A DNA stretch of 64,000 nt from Olavius algarvensis Delta 4 endosymbiont (GTDB lineage Bacteria > Desulfobacterota > Desulfobacteria > Desulfobacterales > CAJINA01): the NCBI GenBank assembly GCA_905176665.1, contig CAJINA010000005.1, forward strand, positions 33,346 to 97,345, written 5' to 3'. Both the position numbers and the translations under genes were made by a program. The notes under the pieces were generated by a model that saw nothing but the letters and a program-made list of their open reading frames with translations, was not told the origin of the DNA and searched no databases. This document shows, piece by piece, positions 61,815 to 64,000 of the stretch (its first letter is position 1; the number at the start of each line of letters is the position of its first letter).

Positions 61815-62806
61815 GAAAGGTATCGTCCTTCACGTAATGGTTTCAAAAGCGAGCGAAACTCACCTGCCAACCCTGGCATGGTGCATGCGTCAACAATAGC
61901 AGCGGCTGAGTCGAGTTCGCTGCATATCCTTTTCTTTATGCAGTCAATCGCCCCTGTATCACAAATATAACGCAATATAGTTTGTATATATCCGTTATTC
62001 TGATTATTTTTCACTTCAGGGTTTTTGTCCCAGTAACCCCTTAACTTTTCATTAAGGCAAAAATATATGGAAGAATGGACGCCCTTCATCATATCTTTTT
62101 CAAGGTCCTGGAGATCATCGAGCAGCCTCCAGGCGATACCGAAGGAGCAATAAGCAGCTTGAATGGATAATGAAAGTTCTTCGACAGGGCTTATCTTATT
62201 TGCAATGAGGACGGGAGCGATCAAGGCGGTTGCCATCTGTTTTCTGAAAAGATCGCAATAACTATCCAGGGACTTCGTCCCTTCGGAAATGTTGATGCTC
62301 CTATAATAGTCGTCGATAAAACCACGCACAATTGCTGGCCCCCTGTCCACATCCCGGGCTAATCGATCGAAAGCCCTGTTCATGATCATCCAGGATTGGC
62401 TCCGAATGAGCAAAGCCAGGTGTGTAATGGGCAATTGGCCGTCGACAAGATGGTCGTCGAAAGCATGCAGCAACATGGCCATGGTATGTCCGGTCTTTAC
62501 AGCTTTCACATATCTTGGTTCGAGTTTTATGTTGTCGGGACAGTATTGCTGAAGCCAAAAAAGGATCGACCATGCCGGTGCGTAGAAGTAGTTAACGAAA
62601 TTAGGGCCACCGCTAAAAGGCGCCTGCAAGTATTTCATCAAGAATAAGACTGCCTCCGTCTGCATGGAGTTAGGCAAGCATTCACAGAGTGCCAGCATCT
62701 CCCGGTTCAGCTCTTCACGGAAGGTCTCCTCTTCTTGCGAAAGCGTCACCGTGCCAAAGTCGACACGAGCGCAGAATGACAGCAAGTCTGTTATCCCAAT
62801 ACCCAT
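61811..62806 (-). CDS. class I isoprenoid synthase-fold protein (prenyltransferase/terpene synthase-like)
   Basis: Two Asp-rich motifs, LLHAFDDHLVDG and FGIAWRLLDDLQDLEKD, with FRKQMA between; ATGA coupling to the rSAM gene. Confidence 0.8.
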   Translation of the reverse strand: MGIGITDLLSFCARVDFGTVTLSQEEETFREELNREMLALCECLPNSMQTEAVLFLMKYLQAPFSGGPNFVNYFYAPAWSILFWLQQYCPDNIKLEPRYVKAVKTGHTMAMLLHAFDDHLVDGQLPITHLALLIRSQSWMIMNRAFDRLARDVDRGPAIVRGFIDDYYRSINISEGTKSLDSYCDLFRKQMATALIAPVLIANKISPVEELSLSIQAAYCSFGIAWRLLDDLQDLEKDMMKGVHSSIYFCLNEKLRGYWDKNPEVKNNQNNGYIQTILRYICDTGAIDCIKKRICSELDSAAAIVDACTMPGLAGEFRSLLKPLREGRYLS

Positions 62807-62814
62807 TCAGACCC

Positions 62815-64000
62815 TTAACCTCCGGTAACCTGATTAAGTTCATCTAGATAGGACGGCAGCTTTATATCCACTAACAATGATCTCGCTTTTTCTAAATAAT
62901 CTTCCCCTCGAATTCCATTGAGGCCGCTGTGTTTATTTCCAGGCTCAAGCAGTCGCTTTCCCAATTCAAAATAGACGCCAGCAAGCTGAAGACGAGCGCC
63001 TATTCGTTCTCCTGCCTCAATGGCCTTGTGCCAACATGCAAGGGCCTTTTTCGGTTTATTCATCAGCCAGTGAAATTCGCCCGCCAGTTTGAACGCATCC
63101 GTACGATATTGAGCAACTTTTTGAGTATTCCTTAAAAGTTGTTTGACTGAGTTGCTAACCTTTTTCCGGTGTTCGGATAATTTCGTTTTATGGCCGTTTC
63201 TCAGCATTTCTTTTAATCGCTGCAGATTGTACTCCAGTTCAGCTATAAGGAGTCCGGACATTTGAAAGGGGACAGGTCTAATCTGATGACAGATCCTATT
63301 CGCTCGCTCCAGACTTTTTTTCGCCTTTTCAATCTTTCCGAGTGAAGTATATATCCGCGCTTCGTAAACATAAAGCTCCCAAAATCCGGGTCCGGCTTTC
63401 TCTTCAAAATCAATTCCCTCCCGAATTACAATAAGCGCATCATTAAATTTTCGGCACCCCATAAACAAACACGATTTCAATTCATATTCGTAGGTCTTGG
63501 CAAGATTATATTGATAGACTTGAAAGATCTCTTCCAACCTATTCAGTATCGATTCGGCGATCTCGAGGGATCCTTGGTAAATACATGGAAAAGCATGCCA
63601 GTACAGCATTTGGGTGGCATCATATAGTTCTCCAATGTCGCAGTTTCTATTTATCAAATCTACATCATAATCTCCTGTTTCTTTCCAGTTCCCCACTAAG
63701 AAATTATGCACAGTTTCACACAACGCATATGTTGTATAAGTTCTTACATCATCTTTACTAATCTTGAACTTAACGAAATCCAAAAGCCTTCTGCTTAACC
63801 TGAACGAAATGCCGGAAAAGGAGAAAAGGGGGCTGGCACTTACAAATATGCGCGTCCCGTTTTCGATCTCCATTAAATCGAAAGCGGTAATTGTCTTGTG
63901 CAGGAATAGAAACTCATAAAAAGATCGCTTTGGATTGGTTATGACCAAAGCCTTGCATTTTTTATAGAAGAGATTGAAAACTCGCAGATCTCTTTGGGTG
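62815..64000 (-). CDS. C-terminal TPR-like region of a large protein, probably an adenylate cyclase/AAA-TPR signalling protein (partial)
   Basis: Frame is open to the window edge; TPR-like helices EARIYTSLGKIEKAKKSLERA and AGEFHWLMNKPKKALACWHKAIEAGERIGA; N-terminal domains are inferred. Confidence 0.6.
   Translation of the reverse strand, partial: TQRDLRVFNLFYKKCKALVITNPKRSFYEFLFLHKTITAFDLMEIENGTRIFVSASPLFSFSGISFRLSRRLLDFVKFKISKDDVRTYTTYALCETVHNFLVGNWKETGDYDVDLINRNCDIGELYDATQMLYWHAFPCIYQGSLEIAESILNRLEEIFQVYQYNLAKTYEYELKSCLFMGCRKFNDALIVIREGIDFEEKAGPGFWELYVYEARIYTSLGKIEKAKKSLERANRICHQIRPVPFQMSGLLIAELEYNLQRLKEMLRNGHKTKLSEHRKKVSNSVKQLLRNTQKVAQYRTDAFKLAGEFHWLMNKPKKALACWHKAIEAGERIGARLQLAGVYFELGKRLLEPGNKHSGLNGIRGEDYLEKARSLLVDIKLPSYLDELNQVTGG

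Overview
A GC-rich chromosomal segment of a deltaproteobacterium (gene content and order suggest a Desulfobacterales-like sulfate reducer; this is inference). Bases 1-45100 are mostly core genes: a plsB-like fragment, mlaC/mlaA, serA, ispE-tRNA-Gln-prs-rplY-pth-hppA, carD, a RluA-family gene, a cytochrome c-linked rnf operon with an RnfB-flavoprotein fusion, the dcw cluster with a murE-murF fusion, and a GAF-PilB/GspE ATPase. These are interspersed with a family of palindromic MITE-like elements. There are two accessory regions. The first (about 47340-52040) is an integron-like cassette array with an attI-like site and decaying attC sites but no intI in the window. The second (about 58400-64000) is an AT-richer island and the best candidate for an undescribed system. 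It encodes a TPR-type regulator fragment, a class I isoprenoid-synthase-like (ComQ-like) enzyme, a radical SAM/SPASM-like enzyme, a small Nif11-like precursor peptide ending CDGWTQSY and a geranylgeranyl-reductase-family gene. It looks like a prenylated, radical-SAM-modified RiPP locus, partly decayed here by an IS5 remnant and nonsense codons. All calls come from motif recognition by eye; no searches were run.
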